Positions 9,387 through 18,986 of a stretch of 64,000 nt of DNA are shown here, piece after piece. Location of the stretch: the NCBI GenBank assembly GCA_965248065.1, contig OZ252088.1:1827343-1891342 (forward strand). The letters run 5' to 3'. Position 1 is the stretch's first letter; every line of letters starts with the position of its first letter. Origin of the DNA: Dehalococcoidia bacterium. GTDB lineage: Bacteria; Chloroflexota; Dehalococcoidia; Lucifugimonadales; Australimonadaceae. The notes beneath the pieces were generated by a model. It was not told where the DNA came from. It searched no databases and saw only the letters and a list, made by a program, of their open reading frames with translations. Position numbers and translations under genes: made by a program.

Positions 9387-9468
9387 CTGTTTTTGCGGAT
9401 GGATAGCTGCGGCGCGGCAGTCTACTGCCTAAGCGCCCAGCCCAACAGCCGCACCGCCAGGAGGAGTA

Positions 9469-9894
9469 ATGACTGCCCAGAAAACCGCTACAAAGGTCTT
9501 CGATTTCCTGACCGACGAGATTCTCGCCGGGACAGGCGACATCGTCCTGCCCGGCTCCGACGACCTCTCCGGCGTGATCAAACGCTACGAGAGCGGCGGC
9601 GAGAACCGGATGCACAGCCACCCTACCGAAGACCACGCTTTCTACATTCTCGACGGCGAAGCGACGTTTCACTTGGAGAAGGACGAGAACGTCGTAGTCG
9701 TCGGCAAGAACCAGGCGGTCTTCCTGCCGAGAGGCGCCCGGTACTGGTTCCACAGTTCCGGCGCCTCCAAGCTCATCATCCTCCGCACTGGCACTCAGAC
9801 CGGCTCCGATCGCATCATCGACGGCCGCACGGTGACGAGCCGCCGGACGGTCGAGGGCGCCGAGCGTGTGGAACCCAAGGAGCTGCCGTTCTAG
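9469..9894 (+). CDS. cupin domain protein
   Basis: GGENRMHSHPTEDHAFYILDG cupin motif 1. Confidence 0.85.
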   Translation: MTAQKTATKVFDFLTDEILAGTGDIVLPGSDDLSGVIKRYESGGENRMHSHPTEDHAFYILDGEATFHLEKDENVVVVGKNQAVFLPRGARYWFHSSGASKLIILRTGTQTGSDRIIDGRTVTSRRTVEGAERVEPKELPF

Positions 9895-9960
9895 CAGCGC
9901 CGTTTCGATAGAAGTTTTTGACTCTGGGCGGGGACCCAAGCCGCCCGAAGAGGAGGAGCC

Positions 9961-11220
9961 ATGACAACAGAGCCGCGATACATAGAGCCCACGGGCAACA
10001 GGCGCGCTGGGTGGCATAGAGAGGGCGAGACCGGCACTAGCTACACCGTCCGCCTCGCGACGGCGTGGGAGAAGTTCCAGAAGGCCGAGGGCATCCCTGT
10101 CTTCAAAGGAGTCGGCGTGTACGACTCGCGAGAGCTGCCGAGGACCGAGTGGAAGCGCGTCGGCGGAAAAGGGACCTACATCCAGGTGACCGGCACGAAC
10201 AACGCCACGGGCATGTTCGTGGTCGAAGTGCCCCCGCGCGGCGCCCTCCTCCCCCAGCGGCAGATGTATGAGGAGCGCTACATCGTCATGGAAGGCCGCG
10301 GCAGCACCGAGGTCTGGCGTAACGGCGACACCGCGATGACCGCCTTCGAATGGCAGCCCTGGAGCCTGTTCGCCATTCCGCTGAACGCAAACTTCCGCAT
10401 CATCAACTCGTCTTCCTCCCCTGCCCTGCTGCTCGCCGTGAACTCCGCGCCGCGGACCATCAACGCCTTCCAGAACATGGACTTCGTGTTCAATTGCGAG
10501 TTCAACTTCGAGGACCGCCTCGGCGGCAACCTGGAGGACTACTGGAACCCCAACGACGAGATCGAGCCTCAGCCCGTCCGAGGACGGGCGATGGTCACGT
10601 CGAACCTCCTGCCCGACATCCAGAACGCCTACCTGCCCTTGGACAACAACCGCGGCCCCGGCTTCCGATGGGTCGCTCCCAATCAGGTAGGGAACACCAT
10701 GATTCAAGGCTGGATCGCCGAGTACCCCAGCGGCCGTTACGCCAAGGCCCACGCCCACGCCTCCGGCGCCGTCCTCGTCTGCTGCAAGGGCCACGGCTTC
10801 TCGTGGACATGGCCGAGCGACGCGGGGCTGACGCCCTGGCAGGACGGGAAAGGCGACCTCGTCAAGATTCAGGAGTACGGCCCCGGCGGACTGATCAGCG
10901 CCGCGCCGGGACCGGCCAACTGGTTCCACCAGCACTTCGCCGTCGGCAAGGACCCGTTCCGCGTCTTCAACTACACCGGCCCCTACCCCGGCAACCCGGA
11001 GGCGGGCCGCAATCGCGCCAACGACTTCGCCGAGGAAGGCGAGATGATTCGTCAGCACGCCGACGTAACGGACGGCGGCAACGCCATCCCCTACCACCTC
11101 GAAGACCCCTACGTGCGTCGGCATTTCGAATCGAAGCTGACGGAGAATGGCGCCGTCTCGACGATGCCGGATATCGTGTACACCGAGGCTGGCGCGAACA
11201 TGGAAGTGATGTCCGACTAG
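9961..11220 (+). CDS. bicupin protein
   Basis: Two cupin motifs (MYEERYIVMEGRGST; KAHAH...WFHQHF); paralog of 19004-20242. Confidence 0.85.
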   Translation: MTTEPRYIEPTGNRRAGWHREGETGTSYTVRLATAWEKFQKAEGIPVFKGVGVYDSRELPRTEWKRVGGKGTYIQVTGTNNATGMFVVEVPPRGALLPQRQMYEERYIVMEGRGSTEVWRNGDTAMTAFEWQPWSLFAIPLNANFRIINSSSSPALLLAVNSAPRTINAFQNMDFVFNCEFNFEDRLGGNLEDYWNPNDEIEPQPVRGRAMVTSNLLPDIQNAYLPLDNNRGPGFRWVAPNQVGNTMIQGWIAEYPSGRYAKAHAHASGAVLVCCKGHGFSWTWPSDAGLTPWQDGKGDLVKIQEYGPGGLISAAPGPANWFHQHFAVGKDPFRVFNYTGPYPGNPEAGRNRANDFAEEGEMIRQHADVTDGGNAIPYHLEDPYVRRHFESKLTENGAVSTMPDIVYTEAGANMEVMSD

Positions 11221-11669
11221 CATCCGCGAGGCGGCGGCAAGTGTGGGGAGCCGGCGCAGCCTCCTCCCCGCGCTGCCGCCACGCTGTCCTGGAACGAGCG
11301 ATGCGACTAACGCGGCGGGAGCAGCTGGGGGGCGGCGCCCGGCCAGTCCGCAATCGGCGCCGGTCCGGCGCATCGCGCGACCGCAAGGGCTTGGTTTGTC
11401 CGACGATGTCTCATCCGTCTCACTCGTAACTTTCCCCGGCCTACGAGTGCGTGGGGGCTGCCTCTCGCAAACAGTGCGCCATTTGGTCTCATTTGGTCTC
11501 ATTTTACTCCTGGCGGGACCACCCCTAGCCCCTCCTTGGTAAGGAGGGGGACAGGCGTAAGGCAGCCCAGGTCTACGGGTGGGGTGAGCGCCGATTTTTC
11601 CAAAACTGTCGCATTTTCATAGTTTTTACTCGTGTCTGGGGGTTTCGGGCGCGACAGTTCCGCCCCATT

Positions 11670-11742
11670 TTGCGACAGTAAATGCGACACTTTGCAACAC
11701 AAATGCGACAGTTTGCGACACAAATCCGACACTTTCCGACAG
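11670..11742. repeat. 10-11 bp phased TGCGACA repeats
   Basis: tttgcgacagtaaatgcgacactttgcaacacaaatgcgacagtttgcgacacaaatccgaca; near-copy at 46368-46446. Confidence 0.85.
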
Positions 11743-11841
11743 GGGCCGGTGGTCCGACAGGCTCACCACTAACTGCGGTCCTGTTTCAACCTCAGGGGGC
11801 GTCGGGGCGTGGAGCATGCGGGCGATTGGGGCATGGGAGAC

Positions 11842-11882
11842 AGGATAGGGAACAGCGGTCGGTTGCGCAACGGGCAAATGTC
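11842..11882 (-). promoter_or_regulatory. conserved promoter-like module copy B
   Basis: GACATTTGCCC-1nt-TTGCGC-17nt-TATCCT on minus strand. Confidence 0.6.
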
Positions 11883-11983
11883 ACTATGGCAACTTGGGAT
11901 ACGAGGGCGCTATCGCTCCGCTACGAGGGTTCCCGCCTTCGCGGGAGTGACGGAGAGGGGGCGTGGTCCTTTCGCCCGTCTGC

Positions 11984-12170
11984 GGGACCTTTGCGCAATC
12001 CTATTTTCTGGCGGGCGCAACTCTTCCCACCCACCCGCCCGTCATGTTGCGGGGGACACCCCCACGCCCCCGGCAGAGGGGCGTCGCCCCTCTGCGCTCC
12101 CCCGTATTCCAAAGCCGGTCCATGCTCGGACAGGCCCGCCACGAACCGGTTGAAGTTGTGCAAAGATCTC
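11984..12170. mobile_element. MITE-like element with G(A/G)GACCTTTGC termini
   Basis: TIR gggacctttgcgcaa / ttgtgcaaagatctc; flanked both sides by GTCTGC; internal ~120 bp nearly identical to 49527-49650. Confidence 0.65.
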
Positions 12171-12310
12171 GTCTGCGGGAGAGAGTTAGAGAGAGGGTCT
12201 GCGCGTCTGGGGGCAGCCACACACCTCCCCCCGCGCGTAGCGCAGCGACGCGCGACCCCTCCCGCAGATGGGAGGGGTTTGAGGGCATCGGACACTTGTT
12301 CAGAGGTTCC

Positions 12311-12724
12311 CTAGGTGCTGCCGTAGACTCGTTCGGGAGTCACCAGGAGCACGGCGCGTTGCTGCTCCTTCATCGCGCCGGCGAAATCGTCCCACGCGCT
12401 GAGCGACCGGCCCGCCGCGACGTACGCGGCGCCCATCAGATCGAGCAGCTCCGCCTCGTCGGTGTCGCCGAAACCCTGCGCGGTCGCCGGCCCTTCGACG
12501 GTCACGTAGCGCCGCGTGTCCGGCTTGATGAGCGTGACGGCGCATCGCGTGCCGCGCCTGATATTCCTGACCTTGCTCGTGCCTTCACGCGAGACGAACG
12601 CCATCCGCCCATTGAGCGGTGCGGCGCTCACGACTGTCGATTGGGCCCGTCCGGACTGCCCGATGGTGGTCACGACGGCCATGTGGTTCTCTTCGAGGAA
12701 CGGAAGCGCTTCGCTGAATTCCAA
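12311..12724 (-). CDS. PPOX-class (F420-dependent-like) split-barrel oxidoreductase
   Basis: AVVTTIGQSGRAQSTVV, KVRNIRR, YVTVEG, RAVLLVTPERV. Confidence 0.85.
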   Translation of the reverse strand: MEFSEALPFLEENHMAVVTTIGQSGRAQSTVVSAAPLNGRMAFVSREGTSKVRNIRRGTRCAVTLIKPDTRRYVTVEGPATAQGFGDTDEAELLDLMGAAYVAAGRSLSAWDDFAGAMKEQQRAVLLVTPERVYGST

Positions 12725-12825
12725 CGGCTGCTCTCCTTAGCGCGACGGCGGCGCGCGGCGTATGGTGGCTGCCGCGAGCGTAACAGTGCAGTCGGCCAAG
12801 TTCCAGCACGCCTCCCCACGCATGA

Positions 12826-13314
12826 ATGATTAGAGACGCGACCGAGCAAGATTTGCCCGCGATCGTGGCGATCTACAACGCCTCGATACCTGGGCGTATG
12901 GCCACTGCCGACCTCGTTCCTGTGACCGTCGCCTCCCGGAGGGCCTGGTTCCAAGCGCACACTGCCGACCGGCGGCCCATCTGGGTTGACGAGCGGGACG
13001 GCGCCGTCGCGGGGTGGCTTAGCCTGGGGGTGTTCTACCCGCGCGCTGCATGGGACGGTACCGCTGAGGTGAGCGTCTACGTCGATCCCAGCCGTCGACG
13101 CGAGGGGATCGCCGCCGGTCTGCTGAGGCATGCCACGGCGGTAGCGCCCGCGCTTGGCGTCCGAGCGCTAGCCGGTTTCGTCTTCGGACACAACGAGCCG
13201 AGTCTCGCGCTGTTCCACCGGGCGGGCTTCGCGGAATGGGGCAAGATGCCGGGAGTCACCGAGCTCGATGGAATCGTTCGAGACGTGATAATCGTGGGGC
13301 GGCACGTGCCTTAG
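12826..13314 (+). CDS. GNAT N-acetyltransferase (phosphinothricin acetyltransferase/YncA-like)
   Basis: IRDATEQDLPAIVAIYN, TAEVSVYVDP, HNEPSLALF. Confidence 0.9.
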   Translation: MIRDATEQDLPAIVAIYNASIPGRMATADLVPVTVASRRAWFQAHTADRRPIWVDERDGAVAGWLSLGVFYPRAAWDGTAEVSVYVDPSRRREGIAAGLLRHATAVAPALGVRALAGFVFGHNEPSLALFHRAGFAEWGKMPGVTELDGIVRDVIIVGRHVP

Positions 13315-13386
13315 CCCCCTGTAGCGCCCCTTCCAAGAGGGGGTCCCACATAACTAGGGCTGAGCGGGGAGCGGCGAAAAGGGCGG

Positions 13387-14346
13387 CTACTGCCAGAGCC
13401 CGAAAGTCAGGCCGTGCCCCGTGCCCGCCAAGGACCGATAGCACGGCAGGTAGTCAACCAGCGTCATCGAGCCGGGCGCCATCGCCCCTGCCACGGCGAC
13501 CCAGTTCAGGGTCTCCGGCGTGCCGGGCGCCTTGTTCAGCCGCCCCTTCTCCAGCGAGGAGAGCACGTCGACGTCGACGCTCTCCAGCGCGCCGATGACC
13601 CGGCGGTCGAGCTCCTCGTCGATGACCTGATGGCTAAGGCCGCCGGACGCCATGACTGCGACGCGGGCGTCGGATTCCCAGGACTCGACCGCGCTTCGGA
13701 ACGCCTGCCCCAGCGCATAGCAGCGGGCTGACGTCGCCTGGTATGGCAGGTACCGGCTCAGCATGAAAGGGACGACCGGCGTCGAGGTGCCGCCCTCGAG
13801 GATGTAGTCGTAGGCGAAAGCGAAGGCGTCGTCCAGCGCATGCCCTTCTCGGACGCCGTCGCTACAGCCGACATCGAACCCCGACTCGTTCAGCGCGTTG
13901 ATGAGATGGTTGGCCAGCTCCGGCTGGCCGGGACGGTCCTTTATCGTCGGCTTGGGCCGCTCCGCGTTGGAGCGGAAACGGGCGTCCGGGTCGAACTCCC
14001 CCCGCTCGGCGACGGGGAGCGTCTCGGCGCGTAGGACGCCGAACACGGTCCGGCTCTCGTCCGGCCACACCCGGTGGGGGTTGCTGATGATTACCAGGAC
14101 GTCCGGCTTGGCGTCCTTCACCGCGCCGCGCAGCCTCTCCAGTGCGGCATGCGCGGCTGCATGGCGTTCGCGCTGCTTCTCGATCAGCACCTGGTCTTTG
14201 ATATCGGCAGGCGCTGACTTGAGCAGCTCTTGGTAGTCGAACCGGGGGTCGCGTGTATCTGCGTCGCCGAGGCGGGCCCAGCCCTCAGGCTGTGTTTGGA
14301 TGGACGGTCCGTGCGAGCTGCCGACACCGAGAACCAGGCTTGCCAT
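13387..14346 (-). CDS. LigB-type extradiol ring-cleavage dioxygenase
   Basis: GVGSSHGP, MASGGLSHQVIDEELD, ETLNW, YRSLAGTG. Confidence 0.85.
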   Translation of the reverse strand: MASLVLGVGSSHGPSIQTQPEGWARLGDADTRDPRFDYQELLKSAPADIKDQVLIEKQRERHAAAHAALERLRGAVKDAKPDVLVIISNPHRVWPDESRTVFGVLRAETLPVAERGEFDPDARFRSNAERPKPTIKDRPGQPELANHLINALNESGFDVGCSDGVREGHALDDAFAFAYDYILEGGTSTPVVPFMLSRYLPYQATSARCYALGQAFRSAVESWESDARVAVMASGGLSHQVIDEELDRRVIGALESVDVDVLSSLEKGRLNKAPGTPETLNWVAVAGAMAPGSMTLVDYLPCYRSLAGTGHGLTFGLWQ

Positions 14347-14484
14347 GACGGCCTCCTGAGCATGTATTCCGCGCTAGCATAGGCCCGCGCGGGCCCGGAG
14401 GCAAAGGCGATGCGAGCATTAGAGGCTGCGAGTGCTATCCTCCGCCTGCGGTCGGTGCGCCTATCGGCGCTGAAGGAGGCAGGT

Positions 14485-15699
14485 ATGACGAATGAAACGC
14501 CAAGCGTTGTCCTAGGAGTGGGCGTGATTGGACTCGGCGGCGCGGCGGTCGCAATGGTCCCGAAATTCGCTTTCAATCCCCGGTTCAAGATGGTGGGCGC
14601 GGCGGACTTGGACGAAGAGATTCTCAGCAGGTTCGCCCAGGACTTCCCGGACGCCGTCACGTACACGAGCGCCGAGGAGCTGTGCAAGAACCCCAAGGTA
14701 GACCTCGTCTACATCGCCACCCCTAACAAACTGCATACCCAGCACTGCGAGCTGGCTATGTCCCACGGGAAGCATGTGCTGATCGAGAAGCCGATGACGG
14801 TCAACGTTGCCGAGGGGCAGGGGCTGGTGGAGTCGGCCAAGCGGAACGGAGTGCTGCTCGGCGTGAACGTGAAGCACAGCTTTGAGCCGAGGGTGCTGCG
14901 GCTCAGAGAGATGGTCCGCACGGGCGAGTTCGGCGAGCTGCGGATGATCAATCACTGGCGCTACCAGGACTGGCTGTACCGCCCGCGCTCCACCGAGGAG
15001 CGCACCCCAGGGCCCGGCGGAGGCATCCTCTGGCGCCAGGGCCCCCACCAGTTCGACATCATCCGCACCATCGCCGGCGGCATGGTCAGGAGCGTGCGAG
15101 GCATGGCCGCAGTCTGGGATCCCGCACGGAGCGTTCCGGGGGCGCATGCCGCCTACGTGGAGTTCGAGAGTGGCGTCGTCGCGACCGCCGTTTACAGCGG
15201 CTATGACCACTGGGACTCCGACGAATTCGTCCACGGCGTAGGTCGCGAGGGCATATTCCCGGACCCGAGCAAGTACGCCGCGGCCCGCCGTGAGCTGTCC
15301 GCGGCGCCTGGTCCCGGCTGGGAGGACGAAGCCGCGCGGGCCGAGCGCTATGGCTTGGGGCGCTCCGGCCGAGGCCTGGAGCCGCCCGGCCCCTCCAGGG
15401 CGGGCTGGCTGCTCGGCGGCCCGATGATTGCGAGCTTCGACAGGGCCGACGTTCGTCTGACTCCTGAGGGACTCGCCGTTTACGGCGACCAGGAGCGCAC
15501 CGAGATACCGCTCGTCACCTACGAGGATGGCCGCGACGGGCGCGTCAACACGTTCTATGATGCTGTCGTAGGCGACCGTCCTCTACCCGCCGACGGCGCT
15601 TGGGGCAACGCCACGCTGGAGCTGCTGCTGGCGATCGAGGAGTCCGGCAGGCAGCGGAAAGAGATGTTCCTCGAACACCAGACGCCTACTATTGATTAG
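14485..15699 (+). CDS. Gfo/Idh/MocA oxidoreductase (phthalate cis-dihydrodiol dehydrogenase-like)
   Basis: IGLGGA Rossmann fold, HVLIEKP, WLYRPR, GGGILWRQGPHQFD. Confidence 0.88.
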   Translation: MTNETPSVVLGVGVIGLGGAAVAMVPKFAFNPRFKMVGAADLDEEILSRFAQDFPDAVTYTSAEELCKNPKVDLVYIATPNKLHTQHCELAMSHGKHVLIEKPMTVNVAEGQGLVESAKRNGVLLGVNVKHSFEPRVLRLREMVRTGEFGELRMINHWRYQDWLYRPRSTEERTPGPGGGILWRQGPHQFDIIRTIAGGMVRSVRGMAAVWDPARSVPGAHAAYVEFESGVVATAVYSGYDHWDSDEFVHGVGREGIFPDPSKYAAARRELSAAPGPGWEDEAARAERYGLGRSGRGLEPPGPSRAGWLLGGPMIASFDRADVRLTPEGLAVYGDQERTEIPLVTYEDGRDGRVNTFYDAVVGDRPLPADGAWGNATLELLLAIEESGRQRKEMFLEHQTPTID

Positions 15700-15737
15700 C
15701 CTGGCCCCGTACCAAAGGAGAACGCGGCGCTCTTTGT

Positions 15738-15760
15738 TTGACTCACGCCCAACGAGTCAA
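15738..15760. promoter_or_regulatory. palindromic operator upstream of vapBC
   Basis: TTGACTC-N9-GAGTCAA immediately upstream of the antitoxin. Confidence 0.5.
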
Positions 15761-15773
15761 TACAGTCTTTGCC

Positions 15774-16019
15774 ATGATGAGGCGTCTTCAGGTCCTTCTC
15801 GATGAGGAGGAGTACTCAGCGGTTCGGAGCGTGGCGGAGCGGCAGCGGCTGACTGTCGCGGAGTGGGTCCGCCAGGCGTTGCGCGACGCCAGGGTTCGTC
15901 ATGCCGAGTCCATCGAAGCTCGGCTGCGCGCCATCGAAAAGGCGGCGCGGTACGAGGCCCCGACAGCCGACATCAAGCAGATGCTGGAGGAGATTGCGGC
16001 TGGGCGAGAGGCTTCGTGA
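15774..16019 (+). CDS. vapB: RHH/CopG antitoxin (VapB-like)
   Basis: RRLQVLLDEEEY...VAEWVRQAL; overlaps PIN gene by GTGA. Confidence 0.85.
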   Translation: MMRRLQVLLDEEEYSAVRSVAERQRLTVAEWVRQALRDARVRHAESIEARLRAIEKAARYEAPTADIKQMLEEIAAGREAS

Positions 16020-16411
16020 TCTTCATCGACTCCAACGTGCCGATGTATTTGATCGGAGCCCCGCACCCCAATAAGGACCGTGCTCGCACCCTGCTGAGAG
16101 AGCTGGCGCGAGAAGGCGAACGCTTCGTTACCGACGTGGAGGTCTATCAAGAGATACTCCATCGGTACACGGCGATTCGTCGGCTCGAATTCATTGCTCC
16201 CGCATTCGAGAGCCTTGATGCGATTGCCCACGGAGTCCTGACCTTTGGCATGGCTGAGATACACGCCGCGAAAGAGTTCATCGAGTCCGTGGACGGCCTT
16301 TCCGCACGGGATGCCCTGCATGCGGCGGTAATGCGCAAGACCGGAGCGGAGCGCGTGCTGAGTTTCGACCACGGATTCGATAGCTGCCCCGGAGTGGCCC
16401 GGTTGAGCTAA
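16016..16411 (+). CDS. vapC: PIN domain toxin (VapC-like)
   Basis: IFIDSNV, E, RDALHAA, SFDHGFD acidic PIN residues. Confidence 0.9.
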   Translation: MIFIDSNVPMYLIGAPHPNKDRARTLLRELAREGERFVTDVEVYQEILHRYTAIRRLEFIAPAFESLDAIAHGVLTFGMAEIHAAKEFIESVDGLSARDALHAAVMRKTGAERVLSFDHGFDSCPGVARLS

Positions 16412-16453
16412 TCGCCGGTTGCGTCAGCCGGGTACATCACCAAGGAGAACGCC

Positions 16454-17566
16454 ATGCTCTTTATAGACAACCCAACCGTGGAACGGCTGCTGCCGATGGC
16501 CGAGTGCATCGACTCCCAGGACCGCGCGTTCCGTGGCTTGCCCACGGGCGAATCGGTCCACCGTCCGCGCATCGACCTCTACATGCCGGCGGAGCGCCCG
16601 GACGGCTACTATCGATGGGGCACGATGGAGGGCGCGAGCCACGCCCTCGGCGTGTTCGCGATACGCATGAAGTCGGACATCCTCTACTGGCCGCGGGACG
16701 AGCAGGGCTTCTGGAAGGAGGAGAAGTACTCCGTGGAGCCGGGCCTCTACTGCGGGCTCATCTTCCTCTTCAGCACACGCAACGGCGAGCCCCTCGCCAT
16801 CATCAACGACGGCATCCTTCAGCACATGCGAGTGGGCGGCGGAGCGGGGCTCGGCGTGAAATACCTCTCGCGCCCCGACTCGCAGACGGTGGGTATGATT
16901 GGCTCCGGCGGCATGGCGCGCACCTACCTGGAGGCATTCGCCGTGGTGCGGGACATCCGGCAGGTCAAGGTCTTCAGCCCCACCAAGGCTAACCGTGAGC
17001 GGTACGCCGAGGAGATGTCGGCGAAGCTGGAGATCGAGGTGAAGGCCGTAGACACCCCGGAGGCGGCCGTCGAGGGAGTGGACATCGTTTCCGCGTGCAC
17101 GAACGCGATGGAGCCGGCGCTGAAGGGCGCATGGCTGGAGCCTGGCCAGCATGTGACCGACGTGCGAGGCGAGCTAGACGCGGAGGTTTTCACTCGCGCC
17201 GACGTGACGGTGAAGCAAGGGGTGGCGCACTCCCGCCCGCGTAGCGAGGACGTCCGCCACATGGGCGAGGGTTACAACCGGGGCGACTACATCGGCGGCA
17301 CGGAGGAGCAGAAGCAGCGTTTGCCCAGCCGTCTCAGGGATTCGCGGGTGGGCGCCGGCGGGGACGACGACACCCCGACCTTCAACGACCTGGCCAGCGG
17401 GGAAGTCAAGCGCAGCTCGCGCGACGAGATTACGCTCTACCTCAACAGCGGCAACCAGGGACTCCAGTTCGCAGCCGTGGGCGGCGCGGTCTACCAGAAG
17501 GCGAAGGCCGATGGCGCCGGCCGCGAGCTCCCGACGGAGTGGTTCTTGCAGGACATCAGGGACTAG
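16454..17566 (+). CDS. ornithine cyclodeaminase/mu-crystallin family protein
   Basis: HMRVGGGAG, GMIGSGGMA, DIVSACT, GLQFAAVG. Confidence 0.9.
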   Translation: MLFIDNPTVERLLPMAECIDSQDRAFRGLPTGESVHRPRIDLYMPAERPDGYYRWGTMEGASHALGVFAIRMKSDILYWPRDEQGFWKEEKYSVEPGLYCGLIFLFSTRNGEPLAIINDGILQHMRVGGGAGLGVKYLSRPDSQTVGMIGSGGMARTYLEAFAVVRDIRQVKVFSPTKANRERYAEEMSAKLEIEVKAVDTPEAAVEGVDIVSACTNAMEPALKGAWLEPGQHVTDVRGELDAEVFTRADVTVKQGVAHSRPRSEDVRHMGEGYNRGDYIGGTEEQKQRLPSRLRDSRVGAGGDDDTPTFNDLASGEVKRSSRDEITLYLNSGNQGLQFAAVGGAVYQKAKADGAGRELPTEWFLQDIRD

Positions 17567-17628
17567 CAGTGGGGGCATCCGAAATATCCACAAGGATGGA
17601 CAGGATGCACAGGGACGGGTATGTGACA

Positions 17629-17659
17629 CGCGCCCCTACCGTAATGCGGTAGGGGCGCG
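17629..17659. repeat. GTAG-type REP inverted pair
   Basis: cgcgcccctacc-N7-ggtaggggcgcg; related at ~33784-33811. Confidence 0.55.
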
Positions 17660-17699
17660 CTACGATAGGCGTAGCAACGGCACGGAGGCTGGCGATTTC

Positions 17700-18056
17700 A
17701 TGGGAACGTTCAGAGTTGAGATTGGGATTGGGAGTCGCGATCAGGAAGAATGGGCAACACTCGACGCGCTCGTGGATACCGGCGCGTCGATCACGTCCGC
17801 TCCGGCGTCGCTGCTGCGCGGGTTGGGCTTGGAGCCACGGTGGATCCAGGAGTTCAAGCTTGCCGATGGAGGAACGCGTGAGATGGAGGTGGGAGAAGCG
17901 CGGGTGCGTGTGGGCGGTCGCGAGATCACTACTCTGGTGATGTTCAACGATGAAGGATCGACTCCCCTGCTGGGCGCGCTTGCACTCGAAGGCGTGTTCA
18001 TGGGCGTCGACCCTGTGGAGAAGAAACTCGTGCCGGTGGGTGGGTTGATGGCGTAA
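17700..18056 (+). CDS. clan AA aspartyl protease (retropepsin-like)
   Basis: ALVDTGA catalytic motif, LLGALALE. Confidence 0.88.
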   Translation: MGTFRVEIGIGSRDQEEWATLDALVDTGASITSAPASLLRGLGLEPRWIQEFKLADGGTREMEVGEARVRVGGREITTLVMFNDEGSTPLLGALALEGVFMGVDPVEKKLVPVGGLMA

Positions 18057-18092
18057 TGGCGAAAATCCCCTCGAATAGGAGCAGAAATTCGA

Positions 18093-18986
18093 ATGGATAA
18101 TACGAGTCAGCGTGCAGTAGCGGTCGCGGCTGCTGCCGCGAACAGTGCGGCCAGAGCTGCCGCTAGTGTTTATGATGCCATTTGCGAAGACCCTGTAGTG
18201 CCGGCAGCCCGGCGGCGGCGCGGGCTCCTAGGACTAGGCAAGCGCTTGGCGGGTGACGCAAAGGCATCAACCTCGACCGTGCTGATATAGATCTCATCCT
18301 CGGCGTCAGTGACGACAAAACACTCTCTTTTGACTTCCGAATGCAGTCTGTTTCGGCCCTCGCTCAAAAAGCCATGACGCGCCCCGCTCCGCTGCGCTGT
18401 AAACCAATCGCATCAACGAACGATATCGCCCTTTGCCTCGCCCTCGACGCCGCTGCTCTCATCCGTGGAACCATTGAAACCGCCTTCAATGCTGCCAACC
18501 TAGCTCTTGCGGTCGAATGGGCAGAGGAAGGTAATGTCGCAGCCGACCATACAATTGCCACCCGCCTGATCATGGACACCCACACTCCCCTCGGCATTGC
18601 TTTGGGCTCAGCCGTACGCTCTCCGTATCTTCCTCGCTCAGCAGCCTGACCGCCCTTTCCCTGGAACATCCAAGCCAGCGCCATCTCCCCAAGCCTATGA
18701 CGCCATCGTCCAGGCCGCCTCCTCAGAGGGGCTCCGCATCCTCGCCGCTACTCGCAGTGATACCGAGGCTGTTCGTCTAGACCCTACCCTCGGACCTGTA
18801 GTGTCGAACCTTGCCAGCGAAATTGCCGATATCGCCAGTAACGCCGCCGCAGAGGTGAGCGAGTGTAGAGGCAATGGCCTTGCCCCTACAATTATTGCCA
18901 TCGCGGGCATCGCCAGCTCTGCGGCGAGCCTTGCAGCGGAAACTGCCGAGGCCTATCAAGTGGCTCGTAAGGCCATACTGCAGTAG
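18093..18986 (+). pseudogene. frameshifted Ala-rich hypothetical gene of lower GC
   Basis: Three overlapping + strand frames that can be joined near 18260 and ~18620; atypical codon usage. Confidence 0.5.
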
